This document shows, piece by piece, positions 36,901-52,669 of a DNA stretch of 64,000 bases; within the stretch, counting starts at the first letter, position 1, and every line of letters begins with the position of its first letter. The stretch comes from Tubulanus polymorphus (lineage: Eukaryota; Animalia; Nemertea), in contig NC_134031.1 of NCBI RefSeq assembly GCF_964204645.1, forward strand, positions 1-64,000, in the 5' to 3' direction. Under the pieces are notes generated by a model that saw only the letters and a program-made list of their open reading frames with translations, did no database searches and was not told the origin of the DNA. The position numbers were made by a program, and so were the translations under genes.

Positions 36901-39900
36901 GACCAATTTTATATTGTTTGTTATAAACCATGTTTTGAAATGAAATCTCAGAAACCTGTTGCATTTATTCAATCATTTCAAATTTCTTTTGGTGAATATT
37001 TGGCTATAATCAGTTCATGGTTGGGATTGTTATTTCTGTAAGCGGGTTTACAGGTTTTCTAAATTGTGATCAACTCAAATGTTATTTCTAATCAATATGA
37101 AACTGGTTCCTGATGTCAATAATACAACTGTTATCAATCATGTTCCTTCGTAATAATCAGATCATGTGTATCTTGAGAGTTAGAATTTCTATAGATTAAA
37201 CTGCTGTACTTATTTCATACTGATTGTACAGTTACAGATACATGTAACATTGTGTACAGATACAGAGTACAGATCACTGCATTACTTCATCCTGTGATTG
37301 AACAGTGATTTAATGTTCTCTCATCTTCATTAGATTCCCATCCGTCTAACTAAAACATCAGAACATTTCAACTCATCTAACCACGGGGTTTGGGGAGGGT
37401 GGGTAGGGTTGGGGGAGGGACGGTGGGAGGGAAGGGGTCTGGGAGGAAGGGTGGGAGGGATGGGGTGAGGGAGGGCGGGAGGGAAGGGGTCCGGGAGAGA
37501 TGGGGTCCCGGAGGGTGGGAGGGATGTAGGGGTGGTGGTAGGACTTGGGAGGGTGGGAGGGATGTTGGGGTGGTGGTAGGACTTTGGAGGGAGGGATATA
37601 GGGTGGGGGTTTAGGTACAGGTACAGGTGGTTTAGTCGTAGTTTTAGTCTTGAAGTTCAGGATATTTCAGAAAATGTGTCCCATCTTTTTATTATTCTAA
37701 GAAATGATTAATCATTATGAAACACGTGACTGCAACATGTCATGTTACAGTTGTTATGCATGACAAGCTGTATAAGCATCGGCCAATTGGACTCGTTCTA
37801 TTTTACTGGTTGTTATTTCTATGAGACCCGGGTTTGATCCCCGGTGAGTGCGCACGTTATTTCACCGTCACTTCTCTCAATCGTTATGAGATAATTGCCC
37901 CAGATTTTTGAATTGGGACGTTTCAATTTTGAGGGCCATTATTTAATGTTGTCAGGAATGAGAGATATTTTTTGAATGATCACAAACTGCTCCTTGGCTC
38001 CGATCAAAACACGGTTTCATTAATAATTGAATGAAACAACAATCATACGTAATAATTACTGTTGATATCTGGCGGTTTACTGATACATTTCCAGCTGAAA
38101 GATGTATTTTCTTCTGTGCTATTTTAAAAACGGCTGTAAATACTGAGAACTGTATAGGACGACTTAGAAAATTATTGACGAGAGTCGAGATGCAGTTCAC
38201 ATTCATCGCTGCTTCCTCTTTTTTCTGCAGATTCTTAGACAGAGACCTACTCTTCATTTTTGGAAGAAGAGTATAGAACTCATTAGAATAAGTGATATGT
38301 TTTGTTATCACTTTTATGGACACACTTCTTCATTTGCCTTCATGGCACAGTATATCACTATTCATAGATATCCTTAATACCCCGGTAATTAGTTATCCTT
38401 TTCAAAAAGATGGGGCACATTTTCTGAAATAAACTGTACAATTTTTAGGTGGGACAAAGATTGACACGGAGAGACTATTGTTCTATTATTATATTCATTT
38501 TAGAATAGGATAATATTCTTTTCTACCCTGTGACTTATAATTCTATTCTAGACAGAATTTAAGGGGCTGCGAACTAATTATACTTCTATCAGGAAATATT
38601 TTACTGAATTTAAAAGCTGTAAAAACAAATGATATTCAACCAGATGTAGTTTTCACAGTTAGGCTACGGCAATCTTCCTACTACAATGAGACTCTGATAA
38701 AGCATGGGGGAGGGGTATGTAGTGTATTTTGCCATTTTTCACAATCATATCAGTTTATGAAAGTTATTTCATCCTCCGCTGTTATTTAGAATTTTATCAG
38801 TGCTCGATCAATTTGTCAGTTTATAGCTTTTAGACTTGGTCACTAAACCTGAGCTATGAACCAAACTTTGACTCTTTGGTCACTAAACCTGAGCTATGAA
38901 CCAAACTTTGACTCTTTGGTCACCAAACCTGGGCTATGAACCAAACTTTGACGCTTAGGTCACTAAACAAAGACCATGAATGAAAGATTTAACGTTTTTT
39001 AAAGTTATTTCTGTTGCCTTCATGACTCAATATTTGAGAATGGAACAAATGACGTAGTTAATGAAAGATTCATCTGTATCAGTGTTGCTGCTGCTGCAGC
39101 TGCTGCTGCTGCTGGTGCAACTAACACAACCTTTTGCTGTTTGTCTCTAAAAGATTAAACTTGATCCCAGTCGGAACTGATGAGAATTTTAGTGAGACGA
39201 CAAATAAGGAAAAGCCATATGAAAAAATGTAAAGCGAATGCATGAATAAAATAAAACAGCATGAAATGCTGATATAAAGAGTGGGGTCCGAGAGCAATTC
39301 GAAGGTTTAGTGTCCTGCACGCTTAGCGAGTGGGCAGGGGTCTATTCCTACCTCGACTCAAGTGCTAAAAGTCAGAGAAAAGAGTAAAAACGAAAAATGG
39401 CAAATGAAGGAAAAATGGCTGGAGTTTGATTTGTTCCACTGGGTTTAAGTGTTAACTTGAAAAGACAATCAAACAGATTATTTATGACGTATATATTTTG
39501 CATCAGCAGTTTAAAAACATTGATTAATAACTTTTATGAATAGGATTCCATAAACTACTTGCTTATATGAAACCTCTAGTAGAGAGTATTGAAATAGTCC
39601 ACAATGGTTTCATTTAGTGACGTCATGTTGAATTGGTGAAGCAACATAAATAGCATTAATTGTTTTGATCTCAGCCATCATTCTTGTCCTTGGTTTGTGT
39701 TTGCCTTTCTCACAACATTTTGTGAGTGTGAAGGTTTGGTTCGGGCTTATTCTTTGGTCGGGTGAACCCTCCATATACCTCCCCCTCCCTTACAACATTA
39801 AGTTCCTCGGGTTTGGTTTGATGTTTTGTAGATGAAACCTCTACAACTCAAACTCGCATCATTTGATGAAATGAAATCTGTTTACAGACGACTGCTGCAA

Positions 39901-42900
39901 CTTGTCGTGAAACTGAGATATATTGTGAATACTTATTAGAGGGAGTAGAAATAAAAGGAATAATTTGATGAAATTGATAAAGAAATCATCTGTAAAAATG
40001 AAGCCATGTGATTTTCAAGACCAACCCAGGCATATGATCATTTGAGTTCATCTGAATGCCTCCAAAATGTGTAGAGACAGTATCTGTGAGTCCCATCAAT
40101 GATGCAATTGATTAAGGATTTTGATTTATAAATGAAATTGATATGATCGTGAAAAATGGCAAATCGTTTTGTAGTTATTGTACAGATGAGTGGTGTGTGA
40201 AGAGGAGACAAGAGAGTTGAGGAGGCATGATGGGAGGGCATTGAGGGAGGGCTAGGTGGGAGGGCATTGAGGGAGGGCTAGGTGGGAGGGCATTGAGGGA
40301 GGGCATTGAGGGTGGGCTAGGTGGGAGGGCATTGAGGGAGGGCATTGAGGGAGGGCCAGGCGGGAGGGCATTGAGGGAGGGAGGAAGGGAGGGAGGGAAG
40401 GGGTATCGGACGGTGGGAGGGAAGGGGTCCGGGAGGGTGGGAGGGAAGGGGTCGGGGAGGGAAGGGGTTTGGGAGGGAAGGGGTTTGGGAGGGCGGGAGG
40501 GAAGGGGTCTGGGAGGGTGGGAGGGTTGGGTCGGGAGGTTAGATGAGTTAAAATGTTCTGATGTTTTAGTTAGACGGTTGAGAATCTAATGAAGATTAAA
40601 GAACATTAAATCACTGTTCAATCACAGGATGAAGTAATGCAGTGATCTGTACTCTGTATCTGTACACAATGTTACATGTATCTGTAACTGTACAATCAGT
40701 ATGAAATTGATTGATTGATCTGATTGATTGATAATTTGAGATGTTACATTCTGCTCTATTGTCACTGATTATTGTTTCTTTTTCTTTTCAGAATGAAATG
40801 AATGCAATAGAATTTACTATTTAAACAGGCTCATTTAAAGGTAAGTACAAAACTGTTAATGAATTTCTCCACAGAATTCTTCACAGTCTCTGTTGATATT
40901 TTGAATTATTTTTGAACTAAAAATTACAGTTTTACTCTCAGTTACAGGATGAGATACACACCGCAGCAGCAGCAACAACAGCAGCACTGGCAGTACCTGC
41001 AGTACCAGCACTATGCAGCAACAGCAGCTGCAACAGCAGCACTGGCAGTACCCGCAGTACCAGCACCATGCAGCAACAGCGCCACCAGCAGCTGCAACAG
41101 CAGCACTGGCAGTACCCGCAGTACCAGCACCATGCAGCAACAGCGCCACCAGTAGCTGCAACAGCAGCACTGGCAGTACCCGCAGTACCAGCACCATGCA
41201 GCAACAGCGCCACCACCAGCTGCAACAGCAGCACTGGCAGTACCTGCAGTACCAGCACCATGCAGCAACAGCGCCACCAGCAGCTGCAACAGCAGCAGTA
41301 GCAGGTAAAACCTGTTTGGAAATTCATTATTTTTAGAGAACTGTTCTATATAAATTATTCTGTTATCTGTTTATGTTTCCAGCATTCAACCACTCAAAGA
41401 TCACGGCTTTGTTTGATTTGGTGTGAAACTGCTCTTATTTCATAACAACTTAACTGACAATTTCTAAAATTAGTATTTAGGAGCTGAAATAACTGGAACC
41501 CTTGACAGAATCTGTGAACAGTAAACATTGGGAATTCACCTCACATTTGTTAAAGATGGACATCGCTTTAGATCCTCAAAACCAATACAGTACCGGTAAA
41601 TATCTCTACAGATTCTAGTCTCTGTTTGACTGTACATTTATAAACTCATTTCCTGATTAGAAGCTACATTAATCAGTGAAGGCGAATTTTCAATCACTTC
41701 TATTCTGGTCAAAGTTCGAATCATCAAAATTATACAACTGTTGTATTCTAGGGTCTAAAATAAAGCTGAACTTCCAGTTAACGTTGCGCTCTACAAATCA
41801 AACAAGTCAGAAGCGGTTAGTTTTATATCGATTTATTGCAGTAATTTGTGGTGATCTTCAAATCAAGTCCAGAAAATGATGTTTTGATCGGTCAATGTTG
41901 GCAGGTATCAACGTTTTACTAGAGGACGCAGTCTAAAGCTACCATCAAACCTCTCAGAAATCTGCATATACTCGACACATTGTGATAAACTACTCATTAA
42001 CCCGGTAGGTTTTCTGTCAATTGAACACAAACAAGTTGCAGTTTCTATCTATTTCATTAACCATTTTCTGGCATAATTTTCTCTTTCCAGAATGCAATAC
42101 GCCCAACACTTTTTGGAACTGGAGAAATTAAAAATATTCACCTTCAAAGAGTAAAGAAGCTCTAGTTGCTGAAGCTGCTGCTATCGTTTTAAGAATTTAT
42201 TTTCTCAGAAAATCATCAGTTCTCTTAACTTCATGACATTATTACTGTTGGAAGTGAAATCCTGCTAGATGGCACTGAACTAATCTGATATGAGTTTAGA
42301 AATGGTGAGTATTTCATCACTCCACTGTGCTCTAATTTCATAATATTCTAACATAATTATTCTGTACAGAATTTTTATGTGTGATTCTCAGGAAAGCAGT
42401 GCGGCGGCTGCTACTGCTGCTGCTGCTTAATTCTGCTCAACACAAGTTTGAAAATGATTGATTTTCTAATAGAATTTAGCCCCAATTTCAGACTGCTATA
42501 AATACATTACTTAGTATTTTCATAGTATAATGATTTTTTGCAGCATGGAATTTGTCCAATAGAACAGTTTGAAAAGTGATCAAAGATTGAATAATGGTGT
42601 TGAAGTATCTAGAATTATAAGGTAATTATAAATTCTAGTTACCGAAATATGTCATGAAAACAATTCCCACTTGACTGTTAATTCTATCGAACATTTTCTA
42701 TGTAATATTCTCTGACGCAGGTTTTCTCTATTCTAGGACGAAGTGGGGATCGGGACCAATTTGACATATCTACCAAATGAATATTGTTTATCTGTGCCGA
42801 CCGGCACGGGCAGCCTACTGTTGTTCTGTTAATGCTGGTTTGATGGACTGTGTATCACATATCCATAAAAACAATAGAGTCATCCCCTGATTCGTCTCTC

Positions 42901-45900
42901 AAAGCTGTGGTGTCATTTTTGCTAATAGAATAATAGCCTGACTCGGGCATAGAATATATAATTTAAACCCTGCTATATGCAAATTTAAGGCAAAATTCAT
43001 TTATCAAGAATCAGAATCAAAATAATAAAAGTATAATGAAGAAATAACTAGAACAACCTATACGCACAAAATAACAAAACCTCTCAACCTTAAGACTGAA
43101 CACTCGCTTTACTTTCCTAATTAACTTGTTTTTCCCTGTTTTAGTTATTCTTCAGACTTGATGATGGTCTCTACAGAGACTCCAAAATGTTGTGTCTTTT
43201 ACTTCTATTAAGTTTCTATATAGTGGGTTTTAAAGTTTTAGTGAAAATTGAAATTGAAGATTAAATGTAGCTGTAAAGCAGCGATAACTGGTTGCATTAG
43301 TTTGTAATTGTTTGTACCCCACGACCCAGTTTTATTGGTCTGGTTTTGTAAAAAAATTGTATGATACACATATTGTATAATGATGTAATATGGACATGTT
43401 TTGACAAGTCACTCAATCAATGAAACCATAAAGTTGAAATATCGACAGGTTTTCTTTATTATGTGACTATAATATTTCGTGTGAACTGTTGTTCTGTTTT
43501 ATTTGAAATAAAGATGAATTTTCTGTGTTGTTTTAGTTGTGATTACAGACGTCAGCAGTTTCACACACTCAGTGCGTCACACGTAAATCCCACGGGTTCA
43601 GTTTCATAGAAATAATTTACTCATAAAACTACTCAATTCGACTTTACCGCCTCAATGAATGAATATTTTTGAAGAAACTGAGCCTAGGGTATATATAGAG
43701 TTTCACAAACCAATTGCGTTCAAACGTTTTATTTTGAACGAAAAAGTAAATCCAAGTTGATATTGATTGATACTTTCTCTGTGAAACTGGACACTCGCTA
43801 TTCAGTGTGCGAAACTGCAGCATCTAAATCTGATTGAAACCCGCATCATAAACCAAATCCTACCGAGTGTACGGTTTCACATATACGGATTAATTATCAA
43901 AGATCAACAAAAAAGATCTTTTTGTGAGATTTGATCCAGATTAAGTTTCTTCACAAATTCAGTTAAAAAATGCATCGTTTTTTGTGGAACTGCGACCCCT
44001 GGTGTCCACTCAAGGAATTCATTTTTTCTTTCTTACCCTGGTATTCGAGGGTTACAATTCGATGGTCCAACTACTATTCTTAAAAGGGCAGGGTCCAGTT
44101 CCACAGTTGAGTTAAGATTTAACTCTGGGCCCAGTTTCACAAAAAGGATTAAGGCCTAAATCAATTTAAGATAAACTGAATTAATGAAGAAATTAAATCG
44201 ATTTAAGAGTTAAACCTTTTTGTGAAACTGGGCCCTGGGGTAACTCATTGAAAATGAATTAACTTTAACTCAGAGTTAACTCACAACTGTGGAACTGGGT
44301 CCTGGTGTGTCACATGACAATGAGGAATAAATATAGATAATTGTTGCTGTAAGTCGTGTGTGCGTTATTTAATCATTTTTCGTGGCGGGGTCGAACCCAG
44401 GACACCTGTACATCCTCTATTCAGTATCAAGACCACTCTGAACCAGTATCAGTAATTACTGGTTCGAACCCGGGATGCCCCTGTACATCCTCCATTCAAC
44501 ATCAGGACCAATCAGAATCAGTAATTACTTTTGTTAAGATATCAACATTTCACCGTACGGTGCTGCCTCTATGCTCATCGGTAGCGGGATTTTCATACAC
44601 TAACGTTAGTCAACTCTGGCAAGCAAGGGTTACGGAGTATAGCTGGACAGCACGACGATTGCCAGAGTTGACTTCGGTTAGTGTATGGAAATCCCGCTAA
44701 CGATGAGCATAGCGGCAGCACCGTACGGTCGGGACACCCCTGTACATCCTCCATTCAGCATCAGGACAACTTGGACCACTACTCAGTTCGAACCCGGGAC
44801 ACCCCTGTACATCATCTAATCAGCATCAGGACCACTCTGAATCAGTATCAGTAATTACTGGTTCTCGAACCCGGGACACAACCCTGTACATCCTCCATTC
44901 AGCATCAGGACAACTTGGACCACTACTCAGTTCGAACCCGGGACACCCCTGTACAAAGACCACTCTGAACCAGTATCAGTAATTACTTGGTTCGAACGCG
45001 GGACACCCCGTACCCATTATGACGCGATTAGACACGTGTTCGATGGTCGTCCTCATTCAGAAGATGAATTTAATTGTGAAACATGGTCATATCCAGGAAT
45101 GTTTAAACCCGGCGATCAATGTCTCGACTAAAACCGTGTCTATATCGATATTTGTACTCGATATATGTCGATATGTATACTCGATATATATACTATCGAT
45201 ATTTTTATAATCGTCGTATTAGGTGCCTACGGATTCATCTTCTTTACGATAACCTACAACGATACGATTTCAAACTGTGTTCTACCCGTACTCGAAGTAG
45301 GCCTAACTACCAATTTCACGTTGTTTGGAGCCATTTTAGGACAGTGTAACTTCAACCTAGAGCGATTTCACCCACCCCGAGTGCTAATTGATAAAAGTTC
45401 CTGTGTATCAAGTTTAATCGTAATCGGTCCATTGGGTCAAGAGATATAGACATTTATCCAAAGCGACACCTATGGAAAAGAGTGGAAATTGTTGCATACC
45501 AACCTTAAAATAGATATTGTGGTTTTTATATATATTGAATAATGTCACCAACTCTTTTATTCATTTAGAAATAAACTACTGTATTGAGCGAAGTATCTTT
45601 TAAATAAAGTGGCCTCCACTAGATAAAGCAAATATATGTGTTCAAAATATATAAGTTAGTATAGAATCTATTGACCAAAAAACAACCCGAGTCAAACAGA
45701 TGATCATCGTACTACAAATACCTCGCTGGGCCAAAAATTAGCCCCAACCTGAGGCACTAACCCTAACCCTAGATCGACCGTAACCCTAACCCTAGCAGGA
45801 CTCGAACCTGCGACCTCCAGCATGCCGGCCGAACACGCTAACCACTAGACCGCCGAGTTCTGGTAATTGAGCTGGTTTGTGAATATGTGTGGTCAGTGTG

Positions 45901-48900
45901 GTACAAGGCCAACACTAGGGTTACTGCGTTTATTAAACAGGCCAACACTAAGGTTTCTACGTTTATTAAACAGGCCAACACTAGGGTTTCTGCGTTTATT
46001 AAACAGGCCAACACTCGTCAGTGTTTGTTTCTTGGTAATTTTTGTGCCCTGGGGCCAGTTCGATGGGCGAAGACTGATTCTATTGGCTAATACAGTCAAA
46101 CTAAATCGTTTAATCCACATCGACCGAATTTTAGTCTAATCCGGATAATACTTACAGTCAATTTAATCATTAATATACACGAAAATGACTTTTAATCCGG
46201 ATTTGCCGTAAAACGGATGAATTTTGTTGGTCCCAATGATCGGAATTAGGGAGATTCTATCATACCATTAATTTACTCTCCTTATATAAAGCTCTAATGT
46301 TGGTACAGTTATTAATTTCTAACAAACTAGTGTTGAGTGATGAATGAAATTTGACTTAAGAAAAATCTGTATTCCTCACATGCCGCAGTAAAATAGCAAG
46401 ACTGCATCAAATTACAACCGTTCAGTGCTGCCCCAGTGAATAACGATAGCGGAATTTCTGTGAACTAAAGTAGTAATTACGGAAACCTCGAAACGAATGA
46501 TTAGATTGGTAAAGAGCGTGGTTTTCATTAGAATAAATTCTTTGAATATTGCGTAGAATATAAAACCTAATCTAATCGAAAAGATGCCGAGACCAGTAAT
46601 AGACTGGTTGCCATTTCTACCTGCGAATACAGGTGGCGGTGACCAGTCTACCGGCGGGAATCCCAATCTGAGGTACACTATGACGCAATATCAAAATGGC
46701 GTGCTTTACCATACCACGAAATTAAGCAAAAACCTCACCTAATACAAACATTGCCACCCTCCTTCCCGACCCCTGAAATCAGTATTTCAATATTTGGTAA
46801 GTGTTTGTAACATTGGTTTAAATGGCGAAAAATATTCCATCTCAGATATTGCGGGAAATCATATTATTTCAGTCACATCCTACAAACACAGTGCACATTG
46901 ACATATGCCATGGTCATGGTGGCGCTCAGTCAAGCATAACGTCATTCCATCCTGATATATCTAGACCACGATGGGCTTCACCTCGCTGTTTTGTGATGAA
47001 TTTGTTCTAAAATGATTATATCGACTGATTACATCAAACAGTGAAAACAGTGTAAGTTTATTTCATATGTCGCTTAACCTATAGGCCTATTAATCGCAGT
47101 CAAACATGTGGGACACCAACATACTCCCATGGGAGGGATTTGAACCTGATGACATCGCTTGCTACACTCAGCCACGGTACGAAACCCTGCCACACTAGAC
47201 CGGGTGCGCAGGTACATGCGCAGCTTTACCGCGCGAAATCTTGCGGCACCAAACAGATTGCTCGTTAATCGCTGAGGTAAATTTCACGGAAGAACTATAA
47301 ATGGGAAAACCAGGGCTCAAATAAAACTGAATTTCTGATTGGCTATTAATGACATCATCTAAGCTGCGCGTGTAGCTGGTGCGCACTCGGTCTAGTGTGG
47401 CAGGGTTTCGTACCGTGACAATCTGGATGCCATCAGGTTCGAGTCCCTGCCGCAGGAGGATTGATGCCTCTACTTGCCTCCATTCGTCTGTGATATTGAT
47501 GATGATGATCATCATAGGTTTCAGAAACAGATAATATTTAAACTGTTCGTTTTTTCATTACTTTCTTGTTTATATTTCATGTTGAACTCTGGATGCAAAA
47601 CCTAAACTGTGGATAGAAAAACCCCGTGAATAAACGAACTGCAGATTGGAGCGAACAATCTAATTTGTAAGTTTGAATTTTAGATTTGATATTTCTGCAG
47701 TTATTTCTAAGGAAAGAAAACAATCTTAGATTTGTCTATTATAGGTATCACTTCAACATGTTCAACGGGAATTTTGATTCAGCACAGGAAAACAAGAATC
47801 ACTCTTAGATTCAGCACAGGACAACAAGGAATCAGTGTTTCACAATCAGACTTTTTTGGTTTTGCGCCGGACATCGGGAATCATTCTTGGATTCAGCACA
47901 GGACAACAAGGAATCAGTGTTTTACTACCAGACTTTTTTTTTATTTAGCACAGAACATCGGGAATCACTCTTGGATTCAGCATGACATCAGGAATCACTA
48001 TAGCCTATGTGGAAATTCAAGATAAGTAACATTAATCTTTATTTATCGGGTGTTGAATTGATTTTAAGGGACCAATTATATATTGTTTGTTATAAACCAT
48101 GTTTTGAAATGAAATCTCAGAAACCTGTTGCATTTATTCAATCATTTCAAATTTCTTTTGGTGAATATTTGGCTATAATCAGTTCATGGTTGGGATTGTT
48201 ATTTCTGTAAGCGGGTTTACAGGTTTTCTAAATTGTGATCAACTCAAATGTTATTTCTAATCAATATGAAACTGGTTCCTGATGTCAATAATACAACTGT
48301 TATCAATCATGTTCCTTCGTAATAATCAGATCATGTGTATCTTGAGAGTTAGAATTTCTATAGATTAAACTGCTGTACTTATTTCATACTGATTGTACAG
48401 TTACAGATACATGTAACATTGTGTACAGATACAGAGTACAGATCACTGCATTACTTCATCCTGTGATTGAACAGTGATTTAATGTTCTCTCATCTTCATA
48501 AGATTCCCATCCGTCTAACTAAAACATCAGAACATTTCAACTCATCTAACCACGGGGTTTGGGGAGGGTGGGTAGGGTTGGGGGAGGGACGGTGGGAGGG
48601 AAGGGGTCTGGGAGGAAGGGTGGGAGGGATGGGGTGAGGGAGGGCGGGAGGGAAGGGGTCCGGGAGAGATGGGGTCCCGGAGGGTGGGAGGGATGTAGGG
48701 GTGGTGGTAGGACTTGGGAGGGTGGGAGGGATGTTGGGGTGGTGGTAGGACTTTGGAGGGAGGGATATAGGGTGGGGGTTTAGGTACAGGTACAGGTGGT
48801 TTAGTCGTAGTTTTAGTCTTGAAGTTCAGGATATTTCAGAAAATGTGTCCCATCTTTTTATTATTCTAAGAAATGATTAATCATTATGAAACACGTGACT

Positions 48901-51900
48901 GCAACATGTCATGTTACAGTTGTTATGCATGACAAGCTGTATAAGCATCGGCCAATTGGACTCGTTCTATTTTACTGGTTGTTATTTCTATGAGACCCGG
49001 GTTTGATCCCCGGTGAGTGCGCACGTTATTTCACCGTCACTTCTCTCAATCGTTATGAGATAATTGCCCCAGATTTTTGAATTGGGACGTTTCAATTTTG
49101 AGGGCCATTATTTAATGTTGTCAGGAATGAGAGATATTTTTTGAATGATCACAAACTGCTCCTTGGCTCCAATCAAAACACGGTTTCATTAATAATTGAA
49201 TGAAACAACAATCATACGTAATAATTACTGTTGATATCTGGCGGTTTACTGATACATTTCCAGCTGAAAGATGTATTTTCTTCTGTGCTATTTTAGAAAC
49301 GGCTGTAAATACTTAGAACTGTATAGGACGACTTAGAAAATTGTTGACGAGAGTCGAGATGCAGTTCACATTCATCGCTGCTTCCTCTTTTTTCTGCAGA
49401 TTCTTAGACAGAGACCTACTCTTCATTTTTGGAAGAAGAGTATAGAACTCATTAGAATAAGTGATATGTTTTGTAATCACTTTTATTGACACACTTCTTC
49501 ATTTGCCTTCATGGCACAGTATATCACTATTCATAGATATCCTTAATACCCCGGTAATTAGTTATCCTTTTCAAAAAGATGGGACACATTTTCTGAAATA
49601 AACTGTACAATTTTTAGGTGGGACAAAGATTGACACGGAGAGACTATTGTTCTATTATTATATTCATTTTAGAATAGGATAATATTCTATTTCTACCCTG
49701 TGACTTATAATTCTATTCTAGACAGAATTTAAGGGGCTGCGAACTAATTATACTTATATCAGGAAATATTTTACTGAATTTAAAAGCTGTAAAAACAAAT
49801 GATATTCAACCAGATGTAGTTGTAGTTTTTACAGTTAGGCTACGACAATCTTCCTACTACAATGAGACTCTGATAAAGCGGGGGGGAGGGGTATGTAGTG
49901 TATTTTGCCATTTTTCACAATCATATCAGTTTATGAAAGTTATTTCATCCTCCGCTGTTATTTAGAATTTTATCAGTGCTCGATCAATTTGTCAGTTTAT
50001 AGCTTTTAGACTTGGTCACTAAACCTGAGCTATGAACCAAACTTTGACTCTTTGGTCACTAAACCTGAGCCATGAACCAAACTTTGACTCTTTGGTCACT
50101 AAACAAAGACCATGAATGAAAGATTTAACGTTTTTTAAAGTTATTTCTGTTGCCTTCATGACTCAATATTTGAGAATGGAACAAATGACGTAGTTAATGA
50201 AAGATTCATCTGTATCAGTGTTGCTGCTGGTGCTGCTGCAGCTGCTGCTGCTGCTGCTGGTGCAACTAACACAACCTTTTGCTGTTTGTCTCTAAAAGAT
50301 TAAACTTGATCCCAGTCGGAACGGATGAGAATTATAGTGAGACGACAAATAAGGAAAAGCCATATGAAAAAATGTAAAGCGAATGCGTGAATAAAATAAA
50401 ACAGCATGAAATGCTGATATAAAGAGTGGGGTCCGAGAGCAATTCGAAGGTTTAGTGTCCTGCACGCTTAGCGAGCGGGCAGGGGTCTATTCCTACCTCG
50501 ACTCAAGTGCTAAAAGTCAGAGAAAAGAGTAAAAACGAAAAATGGCAAATGAAGGAAAAATGGCTGGAGTTTGATTTGTTCCACTGGGTTTAAGTGTTAA
50601 CTTGAAAAGACAATCAAACAGATTATTTATGACGTATATATTTTGCATCAGCAGTTTAAAAACATTGATTAATAACTTTTATGAATAGGATTCCATAAAC
50701 TACTTGCTTATATGAAACCTCTAGTAGAGAGTATTGAAATAGTCCACAATGGTTTCATTTAGTGACGTCATGTTAAATTGGTGAAGCAACATCAATAGCA
50801 TTAATTGTTTTGATCTCAGCCATCATTCTTGTCCTTGGTTTGTGTTTGCCTTTCTCACAACATTTTGTGAGTGTGAAGGTTTGGTTCGGGCTTATTCTTT
50901 GGTCGGGTGAACCCTCCATATACCTCCCCCTCCCTTACAACATTAAGTTCCTCGGGTTTGGTTTGATGTTTTGTAGATGAAACCTCTACAACTCAAACTC
51001 GCATCATTTGATGAAATGAAATCTGTTTACAGACGACTGCTGCAACTTGTCGTGAAACTGAGATATATTGTGAATACTTATTAGAGGGAGTAGAAATAAA
51101 AGGAATAATTTGATGAAATTGATAAAGAAATCATCTGTAAAAATGAAGCCATGTGATTTTCAAGACCAACCCAGGCATATGATCATTTGAAGTTATCTGA
51201 ATGCCTGAAAAATGTGTAGAGACAGTATCTGTGAGTCCCATCAATGATGCAATTGATTAAGGATTTTGATTTATAAATGAAATTGATATGATCGTGAAAA
51301 ATGGCAAATCGTTTTGTAGTTATTGTACAGATGAGTGGTGTGTGAAGAGGAGACAAGAGAGTTGAGGAGGCATGATGGGAGGGCATTGAGGGAGGGCTAG
51401 GTGGGAGAGCATTGAGGGTGGGCCAGGTGGGAGGGCATTGAGGGTGGGCCAGGTGGGAGGGCATTAAGGGAGGGCATTGAGGGTGGGCCAGTGGGAGGGC
51501 ATTGAGGGAGGGCCAGGTGGGAGGGCATTGAGGGAGGGAGGGAGGGAAGGGGTCGGGGAGGGCGGGAGGGAAGGGGTTTGGGAGGGCGGGAGGGAAGGGG
51601 TCCGGGAGGGTGGGAGGGATGGGGTGGAGGAGGGAAGGGGTGTGGGAGAGTGGGAGGGATGGGGTCTGGGAGGGTCGGGTCGGGAGGTTAGATGAGTTAA
51701 AATGTTCTGATATTTTAGTTAGACGGATGGGAATCTAATGAAGATGAAAGAACATTAAATCACTGTTCAATCACAGGATGAAGTAATGCAGTGATCTGTA
51801 CTCTGTATCTGTACACAATGTTACATGTATCTGTAACTGTACAATCAGTATGAAATAAGTACAGCAGTTTAATCTACAGAAATCCTGTACTGTTTCTGTC

Positions 51901-52251
51901 TGATTGATTGATAATTTGAGATGTTACATTCTGCTCTATTGTCACTGATTATTGCTTCTTTTTCTTTTCAGAATGAAATGAATGCAATAGAATTTACTAT
52001 TTAAACAGGCTCATTTAAAGGTAAGTACAAAACTGTTAATGAATTTCTCCACAGAATTCTTAAACAGTCTCTGTTGATATTTTGAATTATTTTTGAACTA
52101 AAAATTACAGTTTTACTCTCAGTTACAGGATGAGATACACACCGCAGCAGCAGCAACAACAGCAGCACTGGCAGTACCTGCAGTACCAGCACTATGCAGC
52201 GACAGCGCCACCACCAGCTGCAACAGCAGCAGTAGCAGGTAAAACCTGTTT

Positions 52252-52669
52252 GGAAATTCATTATTTTTAGAGAACTGTTCTATATAAATTATTCTATCTG
52301 TTTATGTTTCCAGCATTCAATCACTCAAAGATCACGGCTTAGTTTGATTTGGTGTGAAACTGCTCTTATTTCATAACAACTTAACAGACAATTTCTAAAA
52401 TTTATATTTAGGAGCTGAAATAACTGGAACCCTTGATAGAATCTGTGAACAGTAAACATTGGAAATTCATTATTTTTAGAGAACTGTTCTATATAAATTA
52501 TTCTATCTGTTTATGTTTCCAGCATTCAATCACTCAAAGATCACGGCTTAGTTTGATTTGGTGTGAAACTGCTCTTATTTCATAACAACTTAACAGACAA
52601 TTTCTAAAATTTATATTTAGGAGCTGAAATAACTGGAACCCTTGATAGAATCTGTGAACAGTAAACATT
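52252..52669 (+). repeat. 209-bp tandem duplication specific to unit D
   Basis: 52252-52460 is repeated at 52461-52669. Confidence 0.9.
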